From Octopus sinensis (Eukaryota), in NCBI RefSeq assembly GCF_006345805.1, contig NC_043010.1, positions 67,146,001 through 67,210,000 of the forward strand: a stretch of 64,000 nt of DNA. The letters are read 5' to 3'. The position numbers and the translations under genes were made by a program. A model generated the notes under the pieces. The model worked only from the letters and a program-made list of their open reading frames with translations, ran no database searches and was not told the DNA's origin. Shown one piece after another: positions 1 to 12,232 of the stretch. Numbering within the stretch: the first letter of the stretch is position 1; the number at the start of each line of letters is the position of its first letter.

Positions 1-519
1 AAGTAAAGTTTCTAACATTAAAAAAATAACAAAAAAAAACATTACCAATATTATTCCAAAGTTGGAATAGTTGCTTTTAAGATGTATCAAAATATTGAGC
101 GCAATATTGTTTCAAATGTGTAAATTTACCAAACTAGCAAACCCACCTCATCATCATCATACTTATTTGGAAGTAAACATCTGTAAATAAGATTCTGTTA
201 ATGTGAGTTTGAGTGAAGGTTTGTGAATATGAGCATGTGTGTGTGTGTGTGCATGTGAGTGAGTGTGTGAATGAATGTCTGTGTAAGTGAGAGTGTTTGT
301 GCTACAGTAATTGCCTTATGTTTGATGAAGCTCCACATTCAAATAAATTGTTTCTTTGTGGAGAATGTGTGAGTTAATTATTTATAAGTGAGAGTGAAAG
401 TAGGCGTGTGGGTGAGGAGGGGAGAGCATTCAAAACGACAGTGGAGTGTGTGCAACTGTAAGTACATGTGTGTGTGCGTGTACATGTGACAGAGAGAGCG
501 AAAGAGTGGGTGAGTGGAG

Positions 520-703
520 TGTGCAGAGAGAGGGAGAGTGTGTGTGTGTGTAATTTTCAAAGAAAGAGAGAGAGAGAGAGAGAAGTGGATTGTGTGCAAA
601 GAGAGGAAGTGGGGAAAAGAGACTCAGTACAGCAAAGTGCATTTGAGAGAGACAGAGAGAGATAGATGGAGACAGTGATAGAAAGAAGTGAGCATGCTAT
701 ATA

Positions 704-764
<61 letters not shown>

Positions 765-1123
765 GGGTGTACGCAACTGAGAAACAGTGAATCATGTGCA
801 ACATGTATAATATATATGTGTGTGTGTGTGTATGTACGTGTATCAGAGAGAGAGAGAGAGTCAAGTGTGTGTGTGTGTGTGTGTGTGTGAGACATAGAGT
901 CAAGTATGTGTGGAGGAATATGTTTGAGAGAGAGAGAGAGAAAGGGAGTCGATTATGCAAATAGAGAGAGAGAGAGAGATATGTAGAAGCATGATAAGAA
1001 AACATTAAGGCGTTAATAATTAAAACAAAATAATTAGTAATAATCAGAAACTTACAAAGAACAAATTTGAAATACTTTTAATTATTTATGTGTGTGTGTA
1101 TGATATATATATATACACACATT

Positions 1124-1156
<33 letters not shown>

Positions 1157-1363
1157 TCATACATACATGCATATATATATATATACACACACACACACAT
1201 TCATACATGTATACATATATATATATATATATTATATATTCATACATACATGCATATATATATATATACATACATATACACATGCACGTATATAAATATA
1301 TATACACACACACATTCATGTTAGATACAGGCACACACACACTCAGTATACATTGTATGTATG

Positions 1364-1394
<31 letters not shown>

Positions 1395-1560
1395 TCATAC
1401 ATACATGCATATATATATATATTGAAGTTTCCTCCGATTTTTCATATACATTCATATATATATATATATATATATATATTCATGTACACCCACATATGTC
1501 ACATATATACACATACATATGTATGTATATATATATATATATCTTCTTTCTCTTGCCTGT
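520..1560. repeat. Compound (GA)n/(TA)n/(TG)n microsatellite field
   Basis: Direct reading. Similar fields occur at ~23450-23575, 26290-26610, 36265-36480, 41400-41725 and 44190-44450. Confidence 0.95.
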
Positions 1561-2283
1561 GTGTATAACATGAATGCACATGTGTTGTATTTTGTACGCA
1601 CATTGAATTGGTCAAATCAGTCGCCATTCGTTTTTTTTTATTATTATTATTATTTTTGCTTTGTATTTTTTGTTGGTTTTTTTTGTTGGTTTTTTTTTTT
1701 TTTTTTACCTTACTTTCAGATCATACACAAGACAAATACATCTCGCTCCAGCCGACCCCTCGAATGCCCGTCACCCTCGACTAAATAGGGCGTCCCGACG
1801 AGGGTTCGTCTCTATGGCCACCCCATCAACACCACCACCACCACCACAGCAGTGAGTGTAGAACGGTGGCTAGCCGAGTGAGAGTTTGAGGAGAAGGAGG
1901 AGTCATGTTTGTGTTAAATTATTATTATTATTTTATTTTAGTTATTTATTTAACATAGTATTGTCAATTAGGTTCTCATACATTGTATATTCTTCATGTT
2001 TAGTCATTTAGTGTTGGTTGGTTGGTTGGTTGGTTGGTAATTCTTCTTCCTTTCGCTTCCCTTCTGTCTTACTTTTGGCAGACAAACTGTGGAACGTTCC
2101 TGGAGAGGAAAGGGGAGGGTAGAAATGGGAGAGAGAGAGAGAGAGCGGGGTTGTGGAAATGGAATATCCAGTGGAAAAGGGGGGAAGAGGTTTAGACCGA
2201 AAGAGAGATAGTGAGAGGGAGAAGCAGGAGGAGGAAGAAAAAGAAGAGACATAAGAGGGTGAGTGAAAAGCAGAGAGAGAGAA

Positions 2284-2621
2284 AGGGGGGAAGCCAGAGC
2301 GGGGGGGAAGGGGGAAGCCAGAGAGGGGGGGTAAGGGGGAAGCCAGAGAGGAGGGTGGTAAGGGGGAAGCCAGAGAGGAGGGGGAGTAAGGGGGAAGCCA
2401 GAGAGGAGGGGGAGTAAGGGGGAAGCCAGAGAGGAGGGGGAGTAAGGGGGAAGCCAGAGAGGGGGGAGTAAGGGGGAAGCCAGAGAGGAGGGGTGTAAGG
2501 GGGAAGCCAGAGAGGAGGGGGAGTAAGGGGGAAGCCAGAGAGGGGGGAGTAAGGGGGAAGCCAGAGAGGGAGAGTAAGGGGGAAGCCTGAGAGGCGGGGG
2601 GGTAAGAGGGAAGCCAAAGAG
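2284..2621. repeat. G-rich minisatellite, ~13 units of 25-28 bp
   Basis: Unit AAGGGGGAAGCCAGAGAGGAGGGGGAGT with G-run length variation. Confidence 0.95.
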
Positions 2622-2874
2622 GAAAAAAGGAACTGCAATAGAATTCTGGAAAGTTTAATGATGATGATGATGATGCTGATGATAACGATGATGATGATGG
2701 TGGTGGTGGTTGTTATATAGTAAAGTATGTCGAGCAAGGAATAGTTGGGGGAAGTAGAGTTTTAGAGGGGAGGGGGCCGGCATCAGTTTAAGCTTCAGTC
2801 AGTCAGTTGTGATAACTGGAGGAAGATGAGTGTCGCCAGTCACCAATACAGAGCTAGCATAGCAGCTCTGATAG

Positions 2875-2910
2875 TTACAGCAGGGTACAGCATTGGTTTG
2901 TTTTGCGGGC
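2875..2910 (-). CDS. YKT6: YKT6 coding exon 8 (36 nt; ARKTNQCCTLL*)
   Basis: Pyrimidine tract plus CAG acceptor and TAA stop. C-terminal CC-aaX prenylation motif. Exons sum to 597 nt = 198 aa + stop. Confidence 0.95.
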   Translation of the reverse strand, partial: ARKTNQCCTLL

Positions 2911-3228
2911 CTGCAAAAGAGAGGAAGCGAGAAAGGGTCATTACATAAATAAGGATGAGACGGGTCAGCAGACATTTTCAAAAGGCCGAGTAAAACAGAA
3001 TTCATTTTGATGCTTAGTAATCAAAACAGACATCAAGAGGCAGAGATCAACTATCAAAGATGCAAAGAACGACTGTTCAGGCCAAGGGCAGTATAGAGGA
3101 GCCCCACCCAGCCCTTGGCCTGAACAGCCACCTCAGGACCCAGCACCCTTCATAGCCATCAAAATAAAGAGGATCAATCCACTGGCTACAGATCTCCTAC
3201 TCAGATAGGGTTTGTCTCTGTAGCCACC

Positions 3229-3637
3229 TATTTATTGCCCACAAGGGGCTACACACAGAGGGGACAAACAAGGACAGACAAACGGATTAAGTTGATTACA
3301 TCAATCCCAGTGCGTAACTGGTACTTAATTTATCGACCGCCCCCCCGAAAGGATGAAAGGCAAAGTCGGGCTCGGCGGAATTTGAACTCAAAACGTAACG
3401 GCAGACGAAATACCTATTTCTTTACTACCCACAAGGGGCTAAACACAGAGGGGACGAACAAGGACAGACAAACGGATTAAGTAGTTTACATCGACCCCAG
3501 TGCGTAACTGGTATTTATTTAATCAACCCCGGAAAGGCAAAGTCGAACTCGGCGGAATTTGAACTCAGAACGTAGCGGCAGACGAAATACTGCAAAGCAT
3601 TTCGCCCAGCGTGCTAACGTTTCTGCCAGCTCGCCAC
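3229..3637 (-). mobile_element. tRNA-derived SINE family A (compound/dimeric copy) with 18-bp TSD
   Basis: Flanked by TTTGTCTCTGTAGCCACC at 3211-3228 and 3638-3655. The head GGCGAGCTGGCAGAAAC and a B-box-like GAGTTCAAATTC are on the minus strand. Confidence 0.9.
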
Positions 3638-4444
3638 TTTGTCTCTGTAGCCACCATCAACACAGCAGCGAGTGTAAAATGATGGCTAGCCGAGTGAGTT
3701 TGAGAAGGAGGAGTCGTGTTTGTGTTAATGCCAATGATGAAAGCTTGTGCAAACGTTTTTATGTGTCGAAAAATTTTATTTTTCCCCATGTGAGAAAAGT
3801 ATGTCAGCACTTTTCGCACATACAAAGCCAAGAAATTTGTGTGTGCAGTGATTGTAAAGTAGGTGAGCAAGCACAAAGCTTCAGGAACCAGAAAATGACT
3901 AAATACTTACATACATATATATATCTAGTCCACACTGTAATATGGCTGGCATTTGGAAGAAGGGCACCCAGCTGTTAAAATCATGCCAAATCTAACCCCG
4001 CCTGTGCTAGTGCCACATACAAAGCACCGAGCCCACTCTGTAGAGTGGTTAGAAAGAGCATCCAGTCGTAAAATCCCTGCCAAAACAGACACAGTAGCCT
4101 GGGGTAGTTTTGCTATGCATGCATGGAAGATGGACGTTAAACAGTGATGATGATAATATATCATCATCATTCAATGTCTGTTTTTTCCATACTGACATGG
4201 GTTAGACGGTTTGACAGAAGCAGTCGAGCCAGAGGACTGCATTAAGCTCTTGTTTGTTTTGGTTTGGTTTCTACAGGAGATGCCTTTCCTAATGCCAACC
4301 ACTTTACAGTGTAGACTGGTTGGTTTTTTTACATGGCACCAACACTATATTTTCTATTAATATTCTATTATCAGTTTCAGTCAGACACTGGCTATGTTGG
4401 GGCACCAGCCTTAGCACCAACGCTTATTTATTTTAGACTCACTT

Positions 4445-4757
4445 CTGGAATTGGTCTTGCTAAAGAACTGAACTGGTTAGAGCTGTCTTTCTCTGCATGA
4501 TGTGGGTTCTTCTGGTAGATTAGATAAAGATTCGTCCAATTGTTATTTGGATACATTCACATCTACACCTTGCAGATCTCTGATGCCTTTTGGCAATGTA
4601 CTGAAAAGATGCAAACCTCCGAACCCTAAGCTGTTACAGTATTGAGTTCTTACCCTGGATAGAAATACTGGGATCTTTGGTACTATGCAATGGCATCTAG
4701 TCTGGTGATTGATATAGCTTTCGAGCCCTAAGTTGAGTGCTAGACCCTCCAGGATCT
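4445..4757 (-). mobile_element. CR1-group LINE, RT C-terminal fragment
   Basis: KILEGLALNLGLESY...HCIVPKIP...YCNSLGF; same family as 56900-57340. Confidence 0.75.
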
Positions 4758-4994
4758 TACACACATACATATTACTGCAGATTTTTCACATCTCTCCAAA
4801 GAGTAGAGCTTCATGTGTGTGTGTATATAAATTTGATAAGAGTACAGCAATTTTATACCCCACCCCCCGCCAGCAAGTTCATTGTACTCATTTTGCTAAT
4901 TTTACTAAATAATACAAGCCTTGCTCAAGCAGACCAACACCAATCTCTTGGGAGTCTGATCATATGTGTGTGTATAAGTGTATTTATACAGAGA

Positions 4995-5350
4995 GAATTC
5001 TGCATCTGTATCATGTTGCAGCACCGCCTTTCGTCGAACAAATCAACCCCAGGAATTATTGTTTGTAAGCCTAGTATTTATCCTATCGGTCTCTTTTGTC
5101 AAACCACTAAGTTACGGGAGACATAAATACACCAACATCAGTTGTCAAGCAATGGTGGGAGGACAAACACACACACACATACATACATACGACGGGCTTC
5201 TTTCAGTTTCCGTCTACCAAATCCACTCACTAGGCTCTGGTCGGCCTGAGGCTATAGTAGAAGACACTTGCCCAAGGTGCCACGCAGTGGGACTGAACCC
5301 GGAACTATGTGGTTGGTAAGCAAGCTACTTACCACACAGCCACTCCTGCA
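4995..5350 (-). mobile_element. SINE B, minus orientation; others ~38995-39290, 58370-58515, 58745-58950, 60130-60510, 61058-61420
   Basis: Reverse complement of the family B consensus. Confidence 0.85.
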
Positions 5351-6229
5351 CCTGTATATGTGTGTATATATATACACACACACACACACACAGAAAGTTA
5401 ACATTTAACACAGGGAATATTAAAATGCTAAATTACTTATTCCTCTCCCAATCACACATACTCGTTCATTAGTTTTACGCCTGTTTTCCATGCTGGCATG
5501 AGTTGGATGTATGCCTAGTATTTTACAACTTCATACCCTACCTGTCATCAACCATCATCATCATCATTTAACGTCCATGCTCCAAGCTAGCATGGGTTGG
5601 ACAACCCTATACACAAATGTATATTTTTGTCTGACAGCGATGTCATTTATCTACCCTTCTGCAACACACATGCACCCACAGATAAACCGGTGAAGTGCTG
5701 AGGTCAACAGCTCAAGGGAGATAACTCGATGTAGCCTAAGTATTCTTAATACTGAGTGACAGAGATACAGCGGAACATCAGTTTATGAATTGAATTCGTT
5801 CCTGAAGGCCCTTCATCACCTGAAATGTTTGTAGACCAAAACTATTGGATAGTCAAGAGAAGGCACAACGAATTCGAGCAGTGAGATACACTGAGTGAAA
5901 GCTATACAGCAACAAGCACTCTTCTGCTGATTCTCCATCTTGATGTCAATCGTTGCCAGTTTGTGCATTCGTTCGTTACTCAAGGCACCCAAGGCGTTTT
6001 ATGCGTGAAAAATTGCTCAGAAACCAATTTATTCATGATGAGAAGTGTTCCACGGTATACAAACACACACACAAAGGACAACACATACTAAGACAAACAC
6101 ATGTATTATTTGACCAAGCATATCAGTTTCTTTACAAACTAGTCTATAAAACAATAACATTTATGCAATAAAAGAAGCAAAAGATGCTGTCATTCTAGGA
6201 TATTAGATGCAACTATTGTAGCTACGGTG

Positions 6230-6400
6230 GGACTGGTACCCAAGGGTTTATCTTTTGTAGTTATGGTGAGGCAGGTACCCACGGGCTATCTACAACAGCC
6301 ATAGTGAGGCAGGTACACAGATGGGTTATCTACAACAGCCATAGTGAGGCAGGTACCCTGATAGGTTATCTACAAGTGCCCCAGGTGGGTTATCTACAGT
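6230..6400. repeat. Degenerate ~40-bp minisatellite (3-4 units)
   Basis: Recurrent AGTGAGGCAGGTAC...GGTTATCTACAACAGCCAT. Confidence 0.8.
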
Positions 6401-8949
6401 TGCTGTAAGAGGCACAGGCAGGTGTTATGGTGTTGACTACAGTCTCTCTGGCTGACACAAGGAGCAAGATTGGCGGTAATATATAATGGCTATGCTAAAG
6501 CAGGTGACAACAGAGAAAGCAAGTACACACGGGGGAGAGAATGTTCGTTGTGTAACAGGCTGTCACTGTTGGTTACTACATATCTGATGAGAAAGAGAGT
6601 GCAGGAAAAGAAGCTTAAGGCAACTCAAAAGAGGCAAGAGGCAAAGCAGAGTTAGCTACAACAGCAACAAACAGCTCGTGGTAATGTCTCTTGATCATAT
6701 TGTGAAAGAAGCAAGTGTGGCAGTTTTACTGAGCTAGAAGCAGTTACTGAACTACTAGGAGACGATAATGCCAGAGCAAAACAGTTAGTTTCCAACACAC
6801 ATGAATGAACTAAAGGAGTGAGTGAGAGAGAAGCTTGATAAAAACAGATAGCTCGAGTAAGGAAGAGAAGGATCTTGACTAAAGTGGCTGAACTAAGGTC
6901 AAACGTACTATTGAGTCACGAGCAGCTCGGAGAAAGCGGCTAGCTGCCTGGCAACTACATTTGCCACAGAGAGATCTGCTATTGGCCCTGCCAGTATTGG
7001 CATCTTTGCGGGCAGCATGTCCACGGACAGAGTAGCCAGCTAGATGAGGTCGTTGTGTCTTGACCAAGGGTTCTTCAACAGAGGCTGGAAGGGGCGTTGG
7101 TTCTCTGGGTTTCACCTGGAAGCAACCACAAACAAAATACATTAGGGGGGCCTGGCAGTTGATACACAGAAAAGCATGGCCTGAGGGAAGGGACTGTCAC
7201 TGCATGCTATTTGCCTTCTGGTAAACGGTTGGTCGGTGAAGTGCACAAGGAATTTAGCAGAAAATACAGTGGCATGAGGAAGCAAGAAAGAGATAGAATT
7301 TAGGGAAAATTATAGGGATTAACAAGGACACTTTAAAGGATTATAACATACATGCACACACACACACAGATTCATACATCATCATCGTTTAACATCCGTT
7401 CTCCATGCTAGCATGGGTTGGACGGTTCGACTGGGGATCTGGGAAGCCAGAAGGCTGCACCAGGCTCCAGTCTGATCTGGCAATGTTTCTACAGCTGGAT
7501 GCCCTTCCTAACGCCAACCACTCCGAGAGTGTAGTGGGTGCTTTTGACGTGCTAGGCGAGGCTGGCAACGGCCACGATTGGATTGGTGCTTTTTACGTGC
7601 CACCGGCACGGAAGCCAGTCTAGGCATACAAATATAAAACATTTGGGGAACATGAAGGGCATCCTGCTGTAGAAAATCTGCCTCAACAAATTCCATCTGA
7701 CCCATGGAGAAGTGGATTTTAAATGATAAGCATATTTATTACTTTATTGCCCACAAGGGGTTAAACATAGAGGGGACAAACAAGGTCAGACAAAGGGGAT
7801 TAAGTCGATTACATCGACCCCAGTGCATAACTGGTACTTAATTTATCAACCCCGAAAGGGTGAAAGGCAAAGTCAATCTCGGCAGAATTTGAACTCAGAA
7901 CATCACAATGGGCGAAATACCGCTAAGCATAATGATGATAATAAGCATATTGCCATTTGTACATAAGTGCAGGTGTGGCTGTGAAATTTAAATTCTCCTT
8001 GCAGTAACATTCTTCCAGGTTTGACACCAGTGCATGGTACATTGGGCATGTGTCTTCAAGTGTTTTCTACCATCAAAGGAACTGAAAAACTAGTGCTTTC
8101 CAAATGACAAAAAAAAAAAAAAAAAAAAAAAAAAAAACAACTTTTTTTGTGGTATTTGCTTCACCAAATTAGGCAACCCTTTGTTACTCCCACCCTCAGA
8201 AATGCAGTGAACCAATAACAGGCTCCTGTAGGGAAACCTGTTACCAACCATGCTATTGTTCACCAATTGCAATATAAAGAATTTAAGAGAGAAAGTGTGT
8301 GTGTCTGTTGATTTCATTAAGGCTTGAAGTTTTGTCTTTAATTAAACCAGTCCAGCACTTCTACAACTTTGGAAGAAATTCAACCTTGAAACGAAGTTGC
8401 AGTCAAATCAATTATTTTATTAAGTTTTACTCTATTAAGTGTATAGAGTCCTGTCATTCATAAAGGTTTATCGTTTTCTATAAGCTATTTAACAATGATA
8501 GAACCATACAGACAGACACCCAAGTTCTCACAAATGACCAATAAAACAACTGCTTTATTTAATCATTGTATTTTTACTCTATGGCCATTACAGCTTATAC
8601 AAAAGCATCTTATGACCGTACGTATGTATGTACATACATATATACATAATATGTGCAGGTCTAGATACGCTAGTGTAGCAAATCATAAAAGGTGGCGATA
8701 TGATGTAATGGTCGTTTGCCCAAACAAGCATAATTGTTGGTAATCCCATTGGTTAAAATTACTGCCCATATACAAATTCTAAACTTTTGCCAAAGAAATC
8801 TTTCACGAAATACAGTTCTTAGAATTTGGATATGAGCAGTTATAAAAACCGTAATTTTGAGGAAATTACTCAGTGTTCACAGGATGTTACTAAACTCCAC
8901 GACACTCACTCCTTCACATATTTCCAGACACTTTGTCAGTATGTGTGTG

Positions 8950-9105
8950 TTGGCTATGTGGTAAGTAGCTTGCTAACCAACCACATGGTTCCGGGTTCAG
9001 TCCCACTGCGTGGCATCTTGGGCAAGTGTCTTCTGCTATAGCCCCGGGCCGACCAATGCCTTGTGAGTGGATTTGGTAGACGGAAACTGAAAGAAGCCTG
9101 TCGTA

Positions 9106-9150
<45 letters not shown>

Positions 9151-9352
9151 ATGTGTTTGTCCACCTAGCATTGCTTGACAACCGATGCTGGTGTGTTTAT
9201 GTCCCCGTCACTTAGCGGTTCGGCAAAAGAGACCGATAGAATAAGTACTAGGCTTACAAAGAATAAGTCCCGGGGTCGATTTGCTCGACTAAAGGCGGTG
9301 CTCCAGCATGGCCGCAGTCAAATGACTGAAACATGTAAAAAGAGTAAAAGAG
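8950..9352 (+). mobile_element. tRNA-derived SINE family B; other plus copies ~12745-13145, 15308-15675, 17030-17245, 37335-37725, 38692-38950, 57517-58290
   Basis: A/B-box-like head (TGGCTGTGTGG ... GGTTCAGTCCC), CORE-like CCTTGGGCAAGT, internal (TA/TG)n and a conserved tail ending GACTGAAACAAGTAAAAGAG. Confidence 0.88.
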
Positions 9353-11384
9353 TACACATATTAGTAAATCTAAGCATATATGTGTAAATATATATGCATA
9401 TATAAATAATAAATATATATAGTAATATAATAATGTTAGTGATAACTGCTGATTACTAAGGTGAAGTGTAGTGTCCTCTTTAAGTTTTCCAATCTTGGAA
9501 ATATTTTTAAAAAACCCAAGACAAATGGGAAGGCTTTCTTCAACGACACCTTCATGCTACCTCTGTGGTACTGGCAGGAACCACCAGCTTGGTCTTACAG
9601 TCACAGACCGATTTAACAGAAGCCAAACTCCAGGTAGGCATTGACACTTTTTTTTTTATAGAACATTGGAATCAAACAAGAATATTTGAATCACAAGATT
9701 TAGGGGAATTATAGACATGGTTATGAGGTTGCATGTTACATGGCGACCCTGCTGATGCTGGTGCCATGTAAAAAGCATCCAGTCCACACTGTGAAATGGT
9801 TGGTGTTCGGGAGGGCACTGAGCAGTAAAAACCAGGCCAAAACTGACCTCGCCTGTGCTTGTGCCACGTAAAAAGCACTCAGTCCACTCTGCTGGGTGGT
9901 TGGTGTTAAGAAGGGCATCCAGCTGTAAAAAAAACTATGCCAAAACAGACACAGAAGTCTGGTGCAGTCTCCTGCCTGGCCAACTCCTCTCAAACTATCC
10001 AACCGACACTAGTATGGAAGGCGGACATCAAATAATGATGATGAGACATTTTGACGCTGACTTACTTGACATCAAATGCTTTAATGACAGTTGAGATACA
10101 GTATGACATGGAACTATAACAGGGTGGTACATAGCCAAAAGCAATTGGTGTTTCTATTTTTTTCTTTTTATTTGTTGCAGTTGTTGGACTGCAGCCATGC
10201 TGGGGTACCACCTTGAATGAATTGACCCTAGGACTCATTTTTTTTAAAGCCCAATACTTATTTTATTGATCTCTTTAGCCAAAACGCTATTGATGTTTTT
10301 TTCCTTAATATGTTTCTCAACCATGTTTTGCCTATGGGCCCCTTAGATTGCTATTTTATTCTACTGGACCCTCATAGCCATTTCAATGTCTTAAAAAATC
10401 CTATAATATTTTTATAATTAAATATTATTAGAAATTGTTTTTAAAAAAAATCATTAAAATATTTTGTGTATTGTAGAAATATAACCAATTTATTCCACAT
10501 AAATTTTAACAACAAAACCTTACGTGGACCCCAAAGGGTCTTGTGGACCCTGGTTGAGAACCATTGGTTTGAAATAACAAACATGTTGATCATCTAAAAA
10601 AAAAGTATTTAAAATTAAGAAAGCAACTACTAAAATCAGTACAGATTATATAAGAGGACTATACTACAGTCTCGGAGTGGTTGGCATTAGGAAGGGCATC
10701 CAGCTGTAGAAACTCTGCCAGATCAAGAGCCTGGTGCAGCTTTCTGGCTTGCCAGCCCTCAGTCAAACCATCCAACCCATGCCAGCATAGAAGGCAGATG
10801 GATGATGATGATGATGATGACTATGGTAGTTCTTTGTTACTGCAAAATTTTAATGAATGCCATTGGCAATGTATAGTTATAAAAACAATAATAAAATAAA
10901 ACTGGATCTGGGTAGACGGATATTTCCTCTGCTGCAAGACATTTGTTCCTATTCATCTATCACCTGGCATAAAGCCACCTCATCACATTCGGCCGAGAGA
11001 GGTCTTGTGAGTTACATAGTGACCTCATAGGTGCCAGTGCCCCACAAAAAGTACCCAGAACTGGTTGGCATCAGGAAGGGCATCCAGCTGTAGGGTCCAA
11101 GCCAAAACTGACATTGAAGTTTGGTGCAATGCTCTGGCTTACCAGCTCCAGCTGAACTCTCCAAGTCATGCCAGCATGGAAAACTGACATTATAATCTTG
11201 ATGATGATAATTAAGTCAACTTACCATCTTTAATAAATATTAATTATTGTAAAGCATATAGTGTAGCAAGTCTGGCAGTGAAGGAAGTGCTTATTGAGGC
11301 AAGTCCAAAAACTATAAATATTGTGCAAAGCTGATAAGGTATGGTACAGTGTAAAGAATTGAAAAAGGGGGCAAACAAACTCAC

Positions 11385-11486
11385 TGTTTTGTAGAAAGAT
11401 TTTGACTGGGTACTCAGTCCTTCTGATTTTTCAACAAGATCATCCAGTTTCTCACCACGCTCCAAGATGGCATCAATTGTGTTGTG
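11385..11486 (-). CDS. YKT6: YKT6 coding exon 7 (102 nt; [34 protein letters not shown])
   Basis: CAG acceptor and GTGAGT donor. R-SNARE motif with zero-layer R163 and conserved S174. Confidence 0.97.
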
Positions 11487-11593
11487 CTGCACAAAAGCAA
11501 AACAAGATTTAAGATTCCAAGAATAAAATTCAAAGCCACTGATCATAGGCCTACTTAGAGCTGAACAACTACTCACACCGTGTAAATATATAT

Positions 11594-12036
11594 TTATTTA
11601 TTGCCCACAAGGGGATAAACATAGAGGGCACAAACAAGAACAGACAGAGGGATGAAGTCGATTACATCGACCCCAGTGCGTAACTGGTACTTAATTTATC
11701 GACCCCAAAAGGATGAAAGGCAAAGTCGACCTCAGCAGAATTTGAACTCAGAACGTAACAGCAGACGAAATACCTATTTCTTTACTACCACAAGGGGCTA
11801 AACAAGGACAGACAAACGGATTAAGTCGATTACATCAACCCCAGTGCATAACTGGTACCTATTTAATCGACCCCAAAAGGATGAAAGGCAAAGTCGACCT
11901 CGGCGGAATTTGTACTCAGAACGGGGTCGATAAATTAAGTACCAGTTATGCACTGGGGTCGATGTAACTGACTTGATCCCTTTGTCTATCCTCGTTTGTC
12001 CCTTCTATGTTTAGCCCCCTGTGGGCAATAAAGAAA
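11594..12036. mobile_element. SINE A cluster in YKT6 intron 6: minus-strand copies abutting an inverted plus-strand tail
   Basis: Family A sequence is reverse-oriented to ~11925, then forward (GGGGTCGATAAATTAAGTACCAG...GGGCAATAAAGAAATA). Confidence 0.85.
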
Positions 12037-12166
12037 TAAGAAGTATAACATAAATCTTATATGGACCCCAGTTGAGAATGACTGCCCGAATCCCTAGGCC
12101 AAGCCCCTTCACATCAGATACAATACTAAAACACGCAAAGGAACATAAGTGAAACCAGATACTCAC

Positions 12167-12232
12167 CAAAATAATTTTTGTTTCATCCAAGTCATTCTGG
12201 ATTTTTGTCATCGCATCAGATTCTTGTGGATT
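12167..12232 (-). CDS. YKT6: YKT6 coding exon 6 (66 nt; NPQESDAMTKIQNDLDETKIIL)
   Basis: AAG acceptor and GTGAGT donor. Matches NPREADPMTKVQAELDETKIIL. Confidence 0.96.

Noticed and set aside
2192-2737. 181-aa Pro/Leu/Ser-rich ORF
   Set aside because: It is the reading of the G-rich minisatellite plus a (GAT)n tract, downstream of the YKT6 stop.
6879-7142. ARKDAN...CSC as the YKT6 last exon
   Set aside because: No suitable acceptor or CCaaX-stop. The exon at 2910-2875 fits exactly.
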